This document shows positions 1 through 13,494 of a DNA stretch of 61,644 nucleotides, piece by piece; within the stretch, counting starts at the first letter, position 1; every line of letters starts with the position of its first letter. The position numbers and the translations under genes are program-made. Source of the stretch: an uncultured virus (IMG/VR IMGVR_UViG_3300037493_005316) (taxonomy: Duplodnaviria; Heunggongvirae; Uroviricota; Caudoviricetes); the IMG/VR virus record IMGVR_UViG_3300037493_005316; one strand, 5' to 3'. The notes under the pieces are model-generated. The model ran no database searches. It worked only from the letters and a program-made list of their open reading frames with translations, and had not been told where the DNA came from.

Positions 1-2
1 AT

Positions 3-158
3 TCGGACGAGCACACGGGCGGTGGGGCGATCGACATCCACTACCGCACGTTGACCGGGGAGCAGCAGGAGCAACTCGTGCTCGGCGTCACGAAACTCGG
101 TGCGAATCCCTTGATCGAGGATCCCCCGCTCCTGCACGTGAGCGACATTCCGGCGTAG
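3..158 (+). CDS. 3' end of a gene truncated by the window edge; possible peptidase M15-like Zn peptidase
   Basis: Frame 3 is open to TAG at 156-158 and reads SDEHTGGGAIDIHY...PPLLHVSDIPA. HxxGxAxD plus a late His matches the M15 motif. Only 51 aa are visible. Confidence 0.4.
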   Translation, partial: SDEHTGGGAIDIHYRTLTGEQQEQLVLGVTKLGANPLIEDPPLLHVSDIPA

Positions 159-179
159 CCGAAGGCGTCGGCGCCGCGG

Positions 180-2744
180 CTACCAGCGGTATTGCACCGT
201 TGCGGGCGGGGTCCAAGGCATCGAGACGAGGCGGACGCTGGATCTACGGGCAAGGTTATGGGACAAAACCGATGCGCCCGTCGAAGCGGTCCAGTAGCGA
301 CTCGCGCTTTTGGTGAAGAGATCCCCGCCGGGGACGCTGACAGTCGTTCCAATAGGGAGGTTGATGAGCTGTTCGGCCGTAAGCCCCACATCCGCCGCCG
401 ATTCTTGGACGTCCGAGGACTCGGTCGAAAACGCGTCAGGGTCTCCGAAACGGTTAAACCACGAAGACGGCATCCCCACCTTGACCCAGTTGTACGCCCG
501 AGCGTAGGAGTTGTGTACCATTGCCCCGATCGGTAGGGCGTCGAGTTCTGCGAGCGTGAGCCCCCCGTGTGCGGAAGGGGCCGCGACCTGCTTCACGTGA
601 CGCAGCCCCTTCCGCACACGTGCGCCCTCGGATTCGGCGACGGCGTACAGCTTCCAGCGGCGCTTCAACCAGAGCTTCGTCCGCGTGTTCGGGGCCGCAT
701 CAAGCAGTACCGAACGCGGGTTTTTCTGGATGAGTTGGAGCATTTTCTTGCGTGACATACCTTTCGACATGTCGGTGAAGGCCGCCCACAACATCCCCCA
801 GCAGACCAGATCCTCAGCGTTCGACGTGCTCTCGAAAGCGCGGATCTCAACCGTGCCGAGGCGGAACAGGCTCATCCCGTTCAGCGCGAAGTACCTCTCG
901 CCGGGACGGCGATCCGTTGCCCACTCTCCGGAGCCCGCCGAGAACAGAGTCACCTTTTCAGCGCGTCGAGCTTTCCCCGGCGTGCGAAGCCGTGGAGTTT
1001 CGTCTTCGATCCACGTTGCCGGAGCTTCTTCGCCACGCTCTCGGCCGAGGGCAGCGATCACGCGTTTCCGAGCTTCTTTTTCCAGGTCTTCTTGCGAAGC
1101 ACCTTCTCCCCCCGTACGTTTACGAGGATCGAGCGGGGCTCCTTCCCCCGCCTCTTCCATGTGCGAACGAGGTTCGGCCCATCCGCCGATCAACGTCGCT
1201 TGTCGCTCGGGACGCAGCGTGTCGAGGGCCGCGCGTTCGACGTGGTTCCAGAGCGTGAACATGCGCTTCAAGTCGACCCAGGAGAGGTCGCGAGCATCGA
1301 CATGCAGATGAAAACCTGTGTCGTAGTTCCCCGAGTGCGTGGCGACGACTTGGTCCTGAACGAGAGCAGAACAGAGTTCTTCCGCCTGTCTCACGAACGC
1401 GTCGCCGTTCGCGGGAGTCGTGATGATTTCCTTCCCCCGGACCGAGCCGTCGTGCTCGATCTTCATGTCCCACTTGTCCGCGACGAGTGCTACGACGGGG
1501 TCACCGTACCCCCTGCCCCCATGGTCGGTCTCGATCTCGCAGGTCAGGAAGCGACGGCTCTTGTTGATCTTGAAGCTGTCCGCGACGATCGCGGTCATGT
1601 CTTGGCGTCGGTTACGGTAGCCGAAGGCTACTCCACCCTCGTTGCGGCACTCCGCGTGGTTCGAGACGAGAGGCAGAATTTCTCGGAGCCGCGCGGGGGG
1701 CTCCTTTCGTAAGGATGAGACGTCAGCGAGCCGACAGGAGTAGGAGGTAGAGACCGCCTTTTCGGCAATCTCGGCGTACGTTGGCGTCCATTTCCGGAGG
1801 CCCGGAATCGTTGCACGAGGTTCTTCCCGTTCCCGAAGAGGCTCGAAGTCAGGTTCGTGTCCGGGGCAGTGGTCATCACAGCGATCATCACCTTCTTGGG
1901 AGCACTGAGCGCACTGGTTTTCTGTCGATTGTGTTTCGTTACAATGCTCGCAGTTGAAGCAGTCACCGGTGTTCGAGCAGCAGTCGGGGCACTCGTCGCA
2001 GTTCGAGCAGGTTCCCCCTTCGTCCATCGAACGCCGTTCGTCGCAGCCCGAACAGGTGTAGCAGTTTCCGATGTGCTCACAGCACGCGAAGCAGCGGTCG
2101 CAGAGTTCGCAATAGTCGTCTCCTTCCGGCACCATGTCCTTGTGTCGTCGCGGAGTGTTTCCGTAGCCGCGCGGGACCCCCTGACACGCACGGCAGTCGC
2201 AGCAGTCGGAACACTGGCTGCACTCTTCGCAGACCCCGTCCGACTTCTCTGAGCAGCCGGAACAGACTGGACACTCGCAGTGGCTCTCAGCGTCGGAGTC
2301 GCACTTCGAGCAGTTGTCGCAGAGGTTCGCTTGGGCGACCTTGTGATCACCCTCTTCACAGGCGACGCACCCGCAGCAGTCAGAGCACTGGTCGCAGACC
2401 TCGCAGATTTTGGTCGAGTCTACGCGGTCAAAGCACGCAGGGCAGGGGGAACAACTGCATGTGCCTGTGATACCGGGAGCCCCAGAGATCGTAAGGTCGC
2501 AAGTGTCGCACACAGGGCCCGACACGTAGTAGACGGGTTCGAAGTTCTGGAGCACGTTCGCGCCGAACAGCGAGGTGTCCCCCGCCGATGCCGCCCCGAC
2601 GTGTTGCCACACCCGGCGAATGACCGGCTGAAGGTAACTCTCTTCGGCGCTCAGCGAGACTTTCTCGAAGCTGCCGTTCGTACAACGCACGACGCTCCCG
2701 TAGGGGAGTGAGATCAGTTCGGCGAGGGTGAGGATCTTGGACAT
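180..2744 (-). CDS. Amidoligase_2-like (COOH-NH2 ligase) protein with Cys-rich repeats and LPxG modules (paralog A5)
   Basis: Motifs FLTCEIETD, WDMKIEHDGSV, EIITTP, TGFHLHVD, RYFALN and GTVEIRAF. CxxCxxC repeats at the N-terminus. GAGG RBS upstream. Confidence 0.85.
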   Translation of the reverse strand: MSKILTLAELISLPYGSVVRCTNGSFEKVSLSAEESYLQPVIRRVWQHVGAASAGDTSLFGANVLQNFEPVYYVSGPVCDTCDLTISGAPGITGTCSCSPCPACFDRVDSTKICEVCDQCSDCCGCVACEEGDHKVAQANLCDNCSKCDSDAESHCECPVCSGCSEKSDGVCEECSQCSDCCDCRACQGVPRGYGNTPRRHKDMVPEGDDYCELCDRCFACCEHIGNCYTCSGCDERRSMDEGGTCSNCDECPDCCSNTGDCFNCEHCNETQSTENQCAQCSQEGDDRCDDHCPGHEPDFEPLREREEPRATIPGLRKWTPTYAEIAEKAVSTSYSCRLADVSSLRKEPPARLREILPLVSNHAECRNEGGVAFGYRNRRQDMTAIVADSFKINKSRRFLTCEIETDHGGRGYGDPVVALVADKWDMKIEHDGSVRGKEIITTPANGDAFVRQAEELCSALVQDQVVATHSGNYDTGFHLHVDARDLSWVDLKRMFTLWNHVERAALDTLRPERQATLIGGWAEPRSHMEEAGEGAPLDPRKRTGGEGASQEDLEKEARKRVIAALGRERGEEAPATWIEDETPRLRTPGKARRAEKVTLFSAGSGEWATDRRPGERYFALNGMSLFRLGTVEIRAFESTSNAEDLVCWGMLWAAFTDMSKGMSRKKMLQLIQKNPRSVLLDAAPNTRTKLWLKRRWKLYAVAESEGARVRKGLRHVKQVAAPSAHGGLTLAELDALPIGAMVHNSYARAYNWVKVGMPSSWFNRFGDPDAFSTESSDVQESAADVGLTAEQLINLPIGTTVSVPGGDLFTKSASRYWTASTGASVLSHNLARRSSVRLVSMPWTPPATVQYRW

Positions 2745-2784
2745 GGACTACCTCGGCTCTTCCCGGGCGTTGTACTTCACGATC

Positions 2785-5226
2785 CTACCAGCGGTACTGC
2801 ACCGTCGCGGGCGGGGTCCAAGGCATCGAGACGAGTCTCACACCCAAACTGCCGACAATGCGCGCGTCATACGTACCGTACGATCCGCTGTCGTCTTTCC
2901 AATCACCGCTCGCTACTTTTGTCCAGCGCCGCACGTGCCCGCGCTCGACAACTTCTACGATTGACCCTACGGGGAAAACGTTGAGTTGGCCCGCGTAAAG
3001 ATAGCCCTGGGGCGCGTTTTGGATCCCCCTGTATCGTTCGTGTAGAACTGCTGACGGGATGGGATCTCCATACGGATTTAGCCACGTGGAAGGCTCGGTT
3101 TTCACGTAGACATTCCCCGTGCCCGCAGGAATCACCATCGCCCCGATCGGTAGGGCGTTGATTTCCGACAGCCGGAGCGTAGGCACTTCCGGTTCTGGCG
3201 CCTGTGCGGGCGCCGCTTGCTTCACCGGGCGTAGACCCCGCCGCGCTCGCGCGCCATCAGACTCGGCGGGTGCGTACAGCTTCCAACGGCGTTTGAGCCA
3301 CGTCTTGACCCGTGCCGAAGGCGCGGTGTCCAGAAGCACCGTGCGGGGGTTCTGCTTGATGAGTTTCAGCATCTTCTCGCGGGTCATCCCCTTCGTCGCG
3401 TCGGTGAAGGCGGCCCACAGGAGACCCCAACAGACCAGATCCTCCGCGTTCGAGGTGCTTTCAAAGGCGCGGATTTCCACGGTACCCAGGCGGAACAGAC
3501 TCATGCCGTTCAGCGCGTAGTACCGTTCGCTCGGGCGACGGTCCTGTGCCCACTCTCCGGCGCCGCCCGAGGTCAGCGTCACCTTCTCGCCGCGCCGAGC
3601 CCTGGAGGGTGTGCGAAGGTAGGTGTGCTCGCCTTCTTCGGTCCACGACGGTTCATCTCCACCCAGGGCGCCGATCAGCTTCTTCTTGGCCGCGTATTCG
3701 CCACCGCCCGTGCGGCGGGGATCAAGGAAGCCGCCTTCCGCTGCCTCTCCGGTATCCGCACGGGGCTTCGACCACCGACTGAGCGTCGCTTGGCGTTCGG
3801 GACGAAGCGCGTCGAGGGCGGCACGTTCTACGTGGCTCCAGAGCGTGAACATGCGCTTCAAGTCGGCCCACGAGAGGTCACGAGCGTCCACATGGAGGTG
3901 AAAACCCGTGTCCGAGCTTCCGAGGCGTGTTGCTACGACTTGGTCCACAACGAGCGCGGAACAGAGTTCCTCTGCCTGTCGCACGAACGCGTCGCCGTTC
4001 GCAGGGGTCGTGATGATTTCGAGCCCTCGGATCGAGCCGTCGTGCTCGATCTTCATGTCCCACTTCTCCGCGACTCGACTAATGAAGGTGCTAAATCCAG
4101 CATCGTGGTCGGTCTCGATCTCACAGGTCAGGAATCGATGACTCTTGTTGATCTTGAAGCTGTTCGCATCGATCGCGGTCATGTCTTGACGGCGATCTCG
4201 CTGGTAGAAAGAGACACCGCCATTGTTACGGCAGTTGATGTGCTCTGCCTTGCACCCGGCTCCAGAGATAGACACGGCTTTCTCGGCGATCTCCGCAGCT
4301 TCTGCGGACCACTTTTCAAGTCCGGGTACCGTGGACGTGGGCTCGCCCCGCTCCTGAAGAGGCTCCCACTCGGGTTCGTGTCCCGAGCAGCAATCACTAC
4401 ATCGAACATCCCCTTCTTCGGAGCACCGACCGCACTGGTTGTCGGTCGACTGGGCGCCGCAATCCTCGCAGTCGATGCAGTTGCCGTTGTTCGAGCAGCA
4501 GTCGGGGCACTCGTCGCAGTTCGAGCAGGTCCCCCCGTCGTCCATCGAACGGCGCTCGTCGCAGCCCGAACAGGTGTAGCAGTTTCCGAGGTGCTCACAG
4601 CACGCGAAGCAGCGGTCGCAGAGGCCACACCAGTCCCCGCCGTCCGGCACCGTCCCCGCATGCCCCCGTGGCGTGTTCCCGTACCCTCGCGGAAGCCCAG
4701 GACACGTGTTGCAGTCGCAGCAGTCGGAACACTGGCTGCACTCTTCGCAGACCCCGTCCGACTTCTCTGAGCAGCCGGAACAGACTGGACACTCGCAGTG
4801 GCTCTCAGCGTCGGCGTCGCACTTCGAGCAGTTGTCGCAGAGGTTCGCCTGGGCGACCTTGTGATCGCCCTCTTCGCAGGCGACGCACCCGCAGCAGTCA
4901 GAGCACTGGTCGCAGACCTCGCAGATATTGCTCGTGTCTACGCGGTCAAAGCACGCAGGACACGCTGCACAGGCGCAGCCCTCGCCAAGGCCCCTGTCGC
5001 ACGTGGCGCACGCCGGACCCGACACGAAGTAGGGGTCAAAGGATCGGAGAACGTTCGCCCCGAATACGGAAGTACCCCCACTCTCCTGCCACAAGCGCTG
5101 GCCTTCCGGGCGAAGCCCTTCCTCAAAGGGCGCTACCTTCGTGAAGTCGCCGTTTGTACACCGGACGACGCTCCCTACGGGGAGCGAGATCATTTCGGCA
5201 AGCGTGAGGATTTCGGGTGCGGGCAT
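2785..5226 (-). CDS. Amidoligase_2-like protein with Cys-rich repeats and LPxG modules (paralog A4)
   Basis: Same catalytic motifs as A5. Cys-rich block nearly identical to A5. Confidence 0.85.
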   Translation of the reverse strand: MPAPEILTLAEMISLPVGSVVRCTNGDFTKVAPFEEGLRPEGQRLWQESGGTSVFGANVLRSFDPYFVSGPACATCDRGLGEGCACAACPACFDRVDTSNICEVCDQCSDCCGCVACEEGDHKVAQANLCDNCSKCDADAESHCECPVCSGCSEKSDGVCEECSQCSDCCDCNTCPGLPRGYGNTPRGHAGTVPDGGDWCGLCDRCFACCEHLGNCYTCSGCDERRSMDDGGTCSNCDECPDCCSNNGNCIDCEDCGAQSTDNQCGRCSEEGDVRCSDCCSGHEPEWEPLQERGEPTSTVPGLEKWSAEAAEIAEKAVSISGAGCKAEHINCRNNGGVSFYQRDRRQDMTAIDANSFKINKSHRFLTCEIETDHDAGFSTFISRVAEKWDMKIEHDGSIRGLEIITTPANGDAFVRQAEELCSALVVDQVVATRLGSSDTGFHLHVDARDLSWADLKRMFTLWSHVERAALDALRPERQATLSRWSKPRADTGEAAEGGFLDPRRTGGGEYAAKKKLIGALGGDEPSWTEEGEHTYLRTPSRARRGEKVTLTSGGAGEWAQDRRPSERYYALNGMSLFRLGTVEIRAFESTSNAEDLVCWGLLWAAFTDATKGMTREKMLKLIKQNPRTVLLDTAPSARVKTWLKRRWKLYAPAESDGARARRGLRPVKQAAPAQAPEPEVPTLRLSEINALPIGAMVIPAGTGNVYVKTEPSTWLNPYGDPIPSAVLHERYRGIQNAPQGYLYAGQLNVFPVGSIVEVVERGHVRRWTKVASGDWKDDSGSYGTYDARIVGSLGVRLVSMPWTPPATVQYRW

Positions 5227-5229
5227 GAG

Positions 5230-7638
<2,409 letters not shown>

Positions 7639-7641
7639 GAG

Positions 7642-10416
7642 CTATCTCCGCCACGGGCGACGAAGCTCGCCACGAAGTGAGGGTGGAGCGATCGGGGCGG
7701 GGACCGGCGCCGGGGCTTCGCGCGGGAGCGAGATCAGAGTCGTGTACCGCCAGAGCTGGTAGGCGTGGCGAGGTTCCCGATCCCTCGTGGCGACCCACTC
7801 GACGCGATTCAAGCGTTCCTCTTCGGCTCCACCCCGAGAGTATGCGGTCTTGACGTACGTCTCGTTGAAGTTGTCTCGCACGACAGCCCCAACAGGCAGT
7901 TCGGTGAGCTGGATGAGACTCACCATCTGCCCGACTGTCGGGGGGAGGGAATCGCTGGCGATGCGCGGGATGAGGTTGATGAGGTAGTTGTTCGCCAACA
8001 CGTCGGCGGTCAGGTGAACGTTACGATACCCTTGCCACTCTTGGGGCTCACCTGCGGAGTCACGGGGGGCTTGGTTCAACGGAACGCGCGTCCAGCGCCC
8101 GACCAGACCGCTGTCGCGCCCTACTTGCCCCCCGTTGGATGTTCCCACGACCGCGCCGACGGGCAGCGCGTAAAGTTGTGTGTCGGTGAGTCCGAACATG
8201 AAGGGCAGGGCGATGACGTAGTCGCCAACGGCCAGCATCTCCCCCGAGGACACGCTTTTGCCCCCGTCGTTGATCCAGAGTCCGGGCATCCCGATCTTCA
8301 CGCTGGCCCTGTACGTGCCCGGAATAACGACCATCGTGCCTATGGGCAGCGCGTTGAGTTCCGCACGCGTGAGTACCGGACCCTCATCGTTCTGAAAGTC
8401 GTCGTCTTCGAAAACGGCTTCGACCTTCTTCACAGGGCGAAGACCCTTCCGGCCCTTCACACCTTCGATACCTTCAGGCGCGTAGAGCTTCCAACGCCGC
8501 TTCAACCAGAGCTTCGTCCGCGTGTTCGGGGCGGCATCAAGCAGTACCGAACGAGGGTTTTTCTGGATGAGTTGGAGCATCTTCTTACGGGACATACCTT
8601 TCGACATGTCGGTGAAGGCCGCCCACAACATCCCCCAACACACGATGTCTTCGGCGTTCGACGTTCCCTCGAAGGCGCGGATTTCGATCGTTCCGTACCG
8701 GAACAGGGACATGCCGTTCAGCGCGTAGTACCGTTCCGACGGGTAGTGCGCCAGCCAGGGCCCTGAAGGGCTGGTTGCGAGGGTGCGGCGTTCCGCTTCG
8801 ATCCCCGTCCGAAGACGCCCTTCGGGCGTGAGGTCGGCTTTCTTGGCTTTCGCACCTCGTGGGCGATTTAGGGCGGCGATGACCGCCTTCTTGGCTTCCG
8901 CTTCGTGTTCAGAGGAGCCTTCTTCGCCGCCGGTACGGCGTCGTGGATCGAGAATCGCTCCCTCGGCTCCCTCGTCTTCGCGGCGGTTCGCGTAGGATTC
9001 AAGCCCGCTGGCTCGTTCGGGTCGGAGCGCGTCGAGCGCAGCCCCTTCTACGTGGGCCCACAGCGTGAACATCCGTTTGAGATCGGACCAGGAGAGATCC
9101 CGTGCGTCCACATGAAGGTGGTACCCTGTGCCATAGTTGCCGAACTTCGTCACCACGACACCGTCGGTCACGAATGCGGAGCACAACTCCTCGATCTGAT
9201 CGATGAAGGCGTCACCGTTCGTCGGGAGGGTGATTATTTCCCGACCCCGAACGGAGGGATCGTTGTGGATTTCCATGTCCCACTTCTGGATGATCTTCTG
9301 CACGAAGCCGTAGGGACGTCCGCCGTGGTCCGTCTCGATCTCGCAGCCCATGTGGCGACGGCTCGGGTTCCGCTTGAACGACGTCGCGTCGATGAAACGC
9401 AGAGGGCGGTGCCGTTCAGCGCTGAACGGAACGCCTCCCGCGCAACGTTGACCGTGAAGGCCGCAATTTGAGTCGGTCATCACCGCTTTTTCAGCGAGTG
9501 CCGCGAGTTCAGGTCCCCACTTCGGAAGATCAGACGGGGTCGCACGGGGCGCGGGCGAAGACGAAGCGGCAGGGAGAGAGATAACTGCGGCGTCATCCAC
9601 CTCGCCCGGTATCGAAAAGCGGGAAAGGGTAGTGTAGATATCGCGCCCCAGTTCCCCGCTCGGAAACACACGGCGCCACCCCTGTTCTACCCGTTGGAAG
9701 TCGTACGTATTGCTAGAATTGGTGTCGACGACAACCCGGGCGCCTTGCGGCAACTGTTGAAGAAGGCCGAAGCCGACGCGCTCTCCCACCGCGAACGGCT
9801 CTTCCTCTTCTTCCTCTTCCTCTTCCGCGCCGGGGCAGCACGAAGTGCAGTGCATGCTGCGCCCCTCGTGTTCTTCCAGGCTGCACCGGGTGTCGTAGCT
9901 CTGACGTTCGTTACAGTCGTCGCACGTGAAACAGTTGCCGCCGTGCTCGCAACAGGCCATGCAGGAGTCGCAGGACGAACACCAGTCTTCGGGGTTCCGA
10001 TCCGTATTCACTCGATCCTGGTGCCCGCGTGCGCGCCCTGCGTACCGAGAGCTGCAACTGCTGCACGAACAGCAGTTGTCGCAGCCCTCACACATTTCGC
10101 AAGTGCCGTCGACGTGGTTGCCGCACCGGGGACACCACGAACACTCGCAGTGATCCGCCGCGCCGTCGTCTTCTCCTTGGCAGTTGCCGCAGTTGTCGCA
10201 GAGCCCGCTACCGACGCGGTGCCCGTTGCCGCGATTTCCGTACGGACACAAGGCGCACTCGCAGCATTCGTCACACTTGCCGCAGTTGTCGCACAGCGAG
10301 TCTACGAGTCCGTTGCAGGAGGGGCAGCCCACGCAGGGGCAGGTATCCAGCGCCGTGTTGCAGTTAGCACATATGACGACTTCCGGGGTTTCGCCTTCGG
10401 GGTTTGTGCGAGGCAT
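7642..10416 (-). CDS. Amidoligase_2-like protein with Cys-rich repeats, poly-Glu tract and LPxG modules (paralog A2)
   Basis: Motifs MGCEIETD, DPSVRGREIITLP, TGYHLHVD, RYYALN and GTIEIRAF. Confidence 0.85.
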   Translation of the reverse strand: MPRTNPEGETPEVVICANCNTALDTCPCVGCPSCNGLVDSLCDNCGKCDECCECALCPYGNRGNGHRVGSGLCDNCGNCQGEDDGAADHCECSWCPRCGNHVDGTCEMCEGCDNCCSCSSCSSRYAGRARGHQDRVNTDRNPEDWCSSCDSCMACCEHGGNCFTCDDCNERQSYDTRCSLEEHEGRSMHCTSCCPGAEEEEEEEEEPFAVGERVGFGLLQQLPQGARVVVDTNSSNTYDFQRVEQGWRRVFPSGELGRDIYTTLSRFSIPGEVDDAAVISLPAASSSPAPRATPSDLPKWGPELAALAEKAVMTDSNCGLHGQRCAGGVPFSAERHRPLRFIDATSFKRNPSRRHMGCEIETDHGGRPYGFVQKIIQKWDMEIHNDPSVRGREIITLPTNGDAFIDQIEELCSAFVTDGVVVTKFGNYGTGYHLHVDARDLSWSDLKRMFTLWAHVEGAALDALRPERASGLESYANRREDEGAEGAILDPRRRTGGEEGSSEHEAEAKKAVIAALNRPRGAKAKKADLTPEGRLRTGIEAERRTLATSPSGPWLAHYPSERYYALNGMSLFRYGTIEIRAFEGTSNAEDIVCWGMLWAAFTDMSKGMSRKKMLQLIQKNPRSVLLDAAPNTRTKLWLKRRWKLYAPEGIEGVKGRKGLRPVKKVEAVFEDDDFQNDEGPVLTRAELNALPIGTMVVIPGTYRASVKIGMPGLWINDGGKSVSSGEMLAVGDYVIALPFMFGLTDTQLYALPVGAVVGTSNGGQVGRDSGLVGRWTRVPLNQAPRDSAGEPQEWQGYRNVHLTADVLANNYLINLIPRIASDSLPPTVGQMVSLIQLTELPVGAVVRDNFNETYVKTAYSRGGAEEERLNRVEWVATRDREPRHAYQLWRYTTLISLPREAPAPVPAPIAPPSLRGELRRPWRR

Positions 10417-10419
10417 GAG

Positions 10420-13400
10420 CTATCTCCGCCACGGGCGGCGGAGTTCGCCGCGAAGGGAGGGTGGAGCGCCCGGCGCAGGTGTTGGGGCCGCGCGCGGAAA
10501 CGAGACCACGATACTTCCCGTGCTTATTTCTTGAGCTGAGAAGGTAATGTTCGGGGAACGGATAAGCCGCCATTCATCTTGATGGATACGCTCGTCGGTA
10601 TCCAAATCAACAGTGGCGGGGTCTACGACTTTTACGTAGTTCTCGCTTCCGTTACGCACAACCGCGCCCATCGGAAGCTCGGTGAGTTGCCGTGCTGTTA
10701 CGCGTTGTCCTACGACAGGCAGGGGGAGAAAATCAGGATTACCCTCAAAGGCGATGAGGGTTTGAACAGCCCCAAGACTGATAAGGTCAGCCGAGGATAT
10801 GTCTTCGCCAACATCGCTTCCGCCCCACACAGGGAGCCCTGCGTCGTCGAGGTACCGTTGTGCGCGACGATAGTATCGATCTTCGACGATCGCACCCACA
10901 GGAAGTGACGTCAGAACCGACAGCTCGTCGATCTCTCCGCCGAGCGCGGGGTGTGTGACCGAAACCTCTCCGGTGGCGGCCTTCTTCACGGGGCGAAGAC
11001 CCTTCCGTCCCTTCACGCCCTCGACGCCTTCGGGCGCGTAGAGCTTCCAACGCCGCTTCAGCCAGAGCTTAGTCCGCGCGTTCGGAGCCGCATCCAGCAG
11101 CACCGAGCGAGGGTTCTGCTGGATGATCTGGAGCATCTTCTTGCGCGACATACCCTTCGTCATGTCGGTGAAGGCCGCCCACAACATCCCCCAACACACG
11201 ATGTCTTCCGCGTTCGATGTTCCCTCGAAGGCGCGGATTTCGATCGTTCCGTACCGGAACAGGGACATACCGTTCAGCGCGTAGTACCGTTCCGAGGGGA
11301 AGCGCGCGGCCTGCCAGTCCCCTGAGGGGCTGGTTGCGAGAGTACGTCGCTCTGCTTTGATCCCCGCCCGAAGACGCCCTTCGGGCGTGAGGTCGGCTTT
11401 CTTGGCTTTCGCACCACGTGGGCGATTTAGGGCGGCGATGACCGCCTTCTTGGCTTCCGCTTCGTGTTCCTCAGAACCTTCTTCGCCGCCGGTACGGCGT
11501 CGAGGGTCGAGAATCGCCCCCTCGGCTCCCTCGTCTTCACGACGGTTCGCGAAGTCGACAAGCCCTCTGGCTCGTTCCGGTCGGAGCGCATCAAGAGCCG
11601 CTCCCTCGACGTGAGCCCACAGCGTAAACATCCGCTTGAGATCGGACCAGGAGAGATCCCGAGCGTCCACGTGAAGGTGGTACCCCGTGCCATCGCCACC
11701 AAACTTCGTCACGACGACGCCGTCGGTCACGAACGCGGAGCACAGCTCCTCGATCTGCTCGATGAAGGTGTCCCCGTTCGTGGGGAGGGTGATGATTTCC
11801 CGACCCCGAACGGAGGGATCGTTGTGGACCGCCATGTCCCACTTCTGGATGATCTTCTGCACGAACCCATTTGGCTGCCCGCCGTGGTCCGATTCGATCT
11901 CGCAGCCCAGATGCCGATGGCTCGGGTTGCGTTTGAAGGTCGTCGAGTTGATGAACCTAAGAACATGGCTGCGTTCGGATCGGAAGGGAACGCCGCCTGC
12001 ACAGCGTTTCCCATCGTGAAGGTCGCAGGTGCTACGCATGACAGCGCGTTCAGCGAGCGCCGCGAGTTCGGGTCCCCACTTCGGAAGGCCAGAAGGGGTC
12101 GCAGGGGGACCCCCTGTGGAAAAGGAAGCTGAGACTCCCGGGAGAGAGGTGATCGTTACGACCGTAGCGTCCCCGAAGCTCTCTGCTGTGGTCAACAAAT
12201 CGTGTGGACTCACCAAATCATCGTTCGGGAAGTTCGTTCGACGCCACGTTTTAGAGTGGGTGTTGAAGGCAGCGCCTTCCACCACTTTGACGTACGGGAC
12301 ACCATTCGCGAGTATCACGCTGCCTACGGGCAACTGGGGAAGAAGGCCATAGCCGATTTCTTCCCCCACGCTGAACGCTTCCTCTTCCTCTTCCTCCTCT
12401 TCGTCCACGCCGGGGCAGCACCGGGTGCAGTGGTAGTTGTCTTCGTGTTCTTCCAGACTGCACCGGTTGTCGTGGCCCTGACGTTCGTTACAGTCGTCGC
12501 ACGTGAAGCAATCCCCGACGTACTCGCAGCAGGCGGTGCACCGGTCGCAGGAGGTACACCATTCCTCAGGGTTCTGATCGGTGTTCACGTGATGTTTGTG
12601 GTCGGAAACGCGTCGGCGTTCCCCGTACGTGCAGGTGTTACAGGAGCAGCACGAATCGCATCCGTTGCACTCTTCGCAGATCGCGTCCACGCGAGAGTTG
12701 CATTGCTCGCAGTACGAGCACGAGCAGTGATCCGCCGCGCCGTCGTCTTCTCCAACACAGTAGGTGCAGTTCTCGCAGAGGGTACCGGCGCCGACGCGGT
12801 GGCCGTCATACCGCGCGCCGCACATGACGCACTCGCAGCAGGGCGAAACCCCGTCCACGCAGTTGCCGCAGTTGTCGCACAGCTCGTCGACACGAAAATT
12901 GCAGTTCGGACAGACCGCGCAGAGGCAAGCGTCCAGTTCCTCGCCGCAGTTCGAGCAGGTCTCTTCAATGACTGGAGCCGCGCCTTCGGGGGCGGGTACG
13001 AGCGCCGTACCTGGGACGCCGCTTTCCGCGAACATCGAGAACTGCCCGACGGCGGGACGAAACGCCGCCGCGGTGGGACGGATCGTTGACACGGGGACCA
13101 CGCGGTTCCCCACGAGGACCGTATTCCCTGTCACCCACCCGTAGTCCTGAAGCTCCCGCACGAGCGCGTCGATGCCCGGGTAGTAGACCTCGAACCCCGG
13201 CGGGATGTAGAGGGGTTGGTAGGGCTCACGCCGCTGGCTCGCGTCGAGGGCGGCGTCGATCCACTCCCAGATGTTGATGCCGGGGGATCCCCCTTGACTC
13301 CCGCCACTTTCGACGCCCACGCGCGCAGCGCTCGGCGAGATGACGAGCGTGCCTTCCTGCGGCAGTCCCTGCTCCGCGTAGCGGGTGGCGTTCTGCCTGA

Positions 13401-13440
13401 CGTAGACCCAGAGCGGTGCGCGATCGGTGAAGCGAGGCAT
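10420..13440 (-). CDS. Amidoligase_2-like protein with unique N-terminus, Cys-rich repeats, poly-Glu tract and LPxG modules (paralog A1)
   Basis: Motifs LGCEIESD, TGYHLHVD, RYYALN and GTIEIRAF. Catalytic region very similar to A2. Confidence 0.85.
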   Translation of the reverse strand: MPRFTDRAPLWVYVRQNATRYAEQGLPQEGTLVISPSAARVGVESGGSQGGSPGINIWEWIDAALDASQRREPYQPLYIPPGFEVYYPGIDALVRELQDYGWVTGNTVLVGNRVVPVSTIRPTAAAFRPAVGQFSMFAESGVPGTALVPAPEGAAPVIEETCSNCGEELDACLCAVCPNCNFRVDELCDNCGNCVDGVSPCCECVMCGARYDGHRVGAGTLCENCTYCVGEDDGAADHCSCSYCEQCNSRVDAICEECNGCDSCCSCNTCTYGERRRVSDHKHHVNTDQNPEEWCTSCDRCTACCEYVGDCFTCDDCNERQGHDNRCSLEEHEDNYHCTRCCPGVDEEEEEEEEAFSVGEEIGYGLLPQLPVGSVILANGVPYVKVVEGAAFNTHSKTWRRTNFPNDDLVSPHDLLTTAESFGDATVVTITSLPGVSASFSTGGPPATPSGLPKWGPELAALAERAVMRSTCDLHDGKRCAGGVPFRSERSHVLRFINSTTFKRNPSHRHLGCEIESDHGGQPNGFVQKIIQKWDMAVHNDPSVRGREIITLPTNGDTFIEQIEELCSAFVTDGVVVTKFGGDGTGYHLHVDARDLSWSDLKRMFTLWAHVEGAALDALRPERARGLVDFANRREDEGAEGAILDPRRRTGGEEGSEEHEAEAKKAVIAALNRPRGAKAKKADLTPEGRLRAGIKAERRTLATSPSGDWQAARFPSERYYALNGMSLFRYGTIEIRAFEGTSNAEDIVCWGMLWAAFTDMTKGMSRKKMLQIIQQNPRSVLLDAAPNARTKLWLKRRWKLYAPEGVEGVKGRKGLRPVKKAATGEVSVTHPALGGEIDELSVLTSLPVGAIVEDRYYRRAQRYLDDAGLPVWGGSDVGEDISSADLISLGAVQTLIAFEGNPDFLPLPVVGQRVTARQLTELPMGAVVRNGSENYVKVVDPATVDLDTDERIHQDEWRLIRSPNITFSAQEISTGSIVVSFPRAAPTPAPGAPPSLRGELRRPWRR

Positions 13441-13494
13441 CGGTGGACCCAGGGCGCGTCGCGTGGTGTTAGAAACGCGCGTTGCGCGATCGTA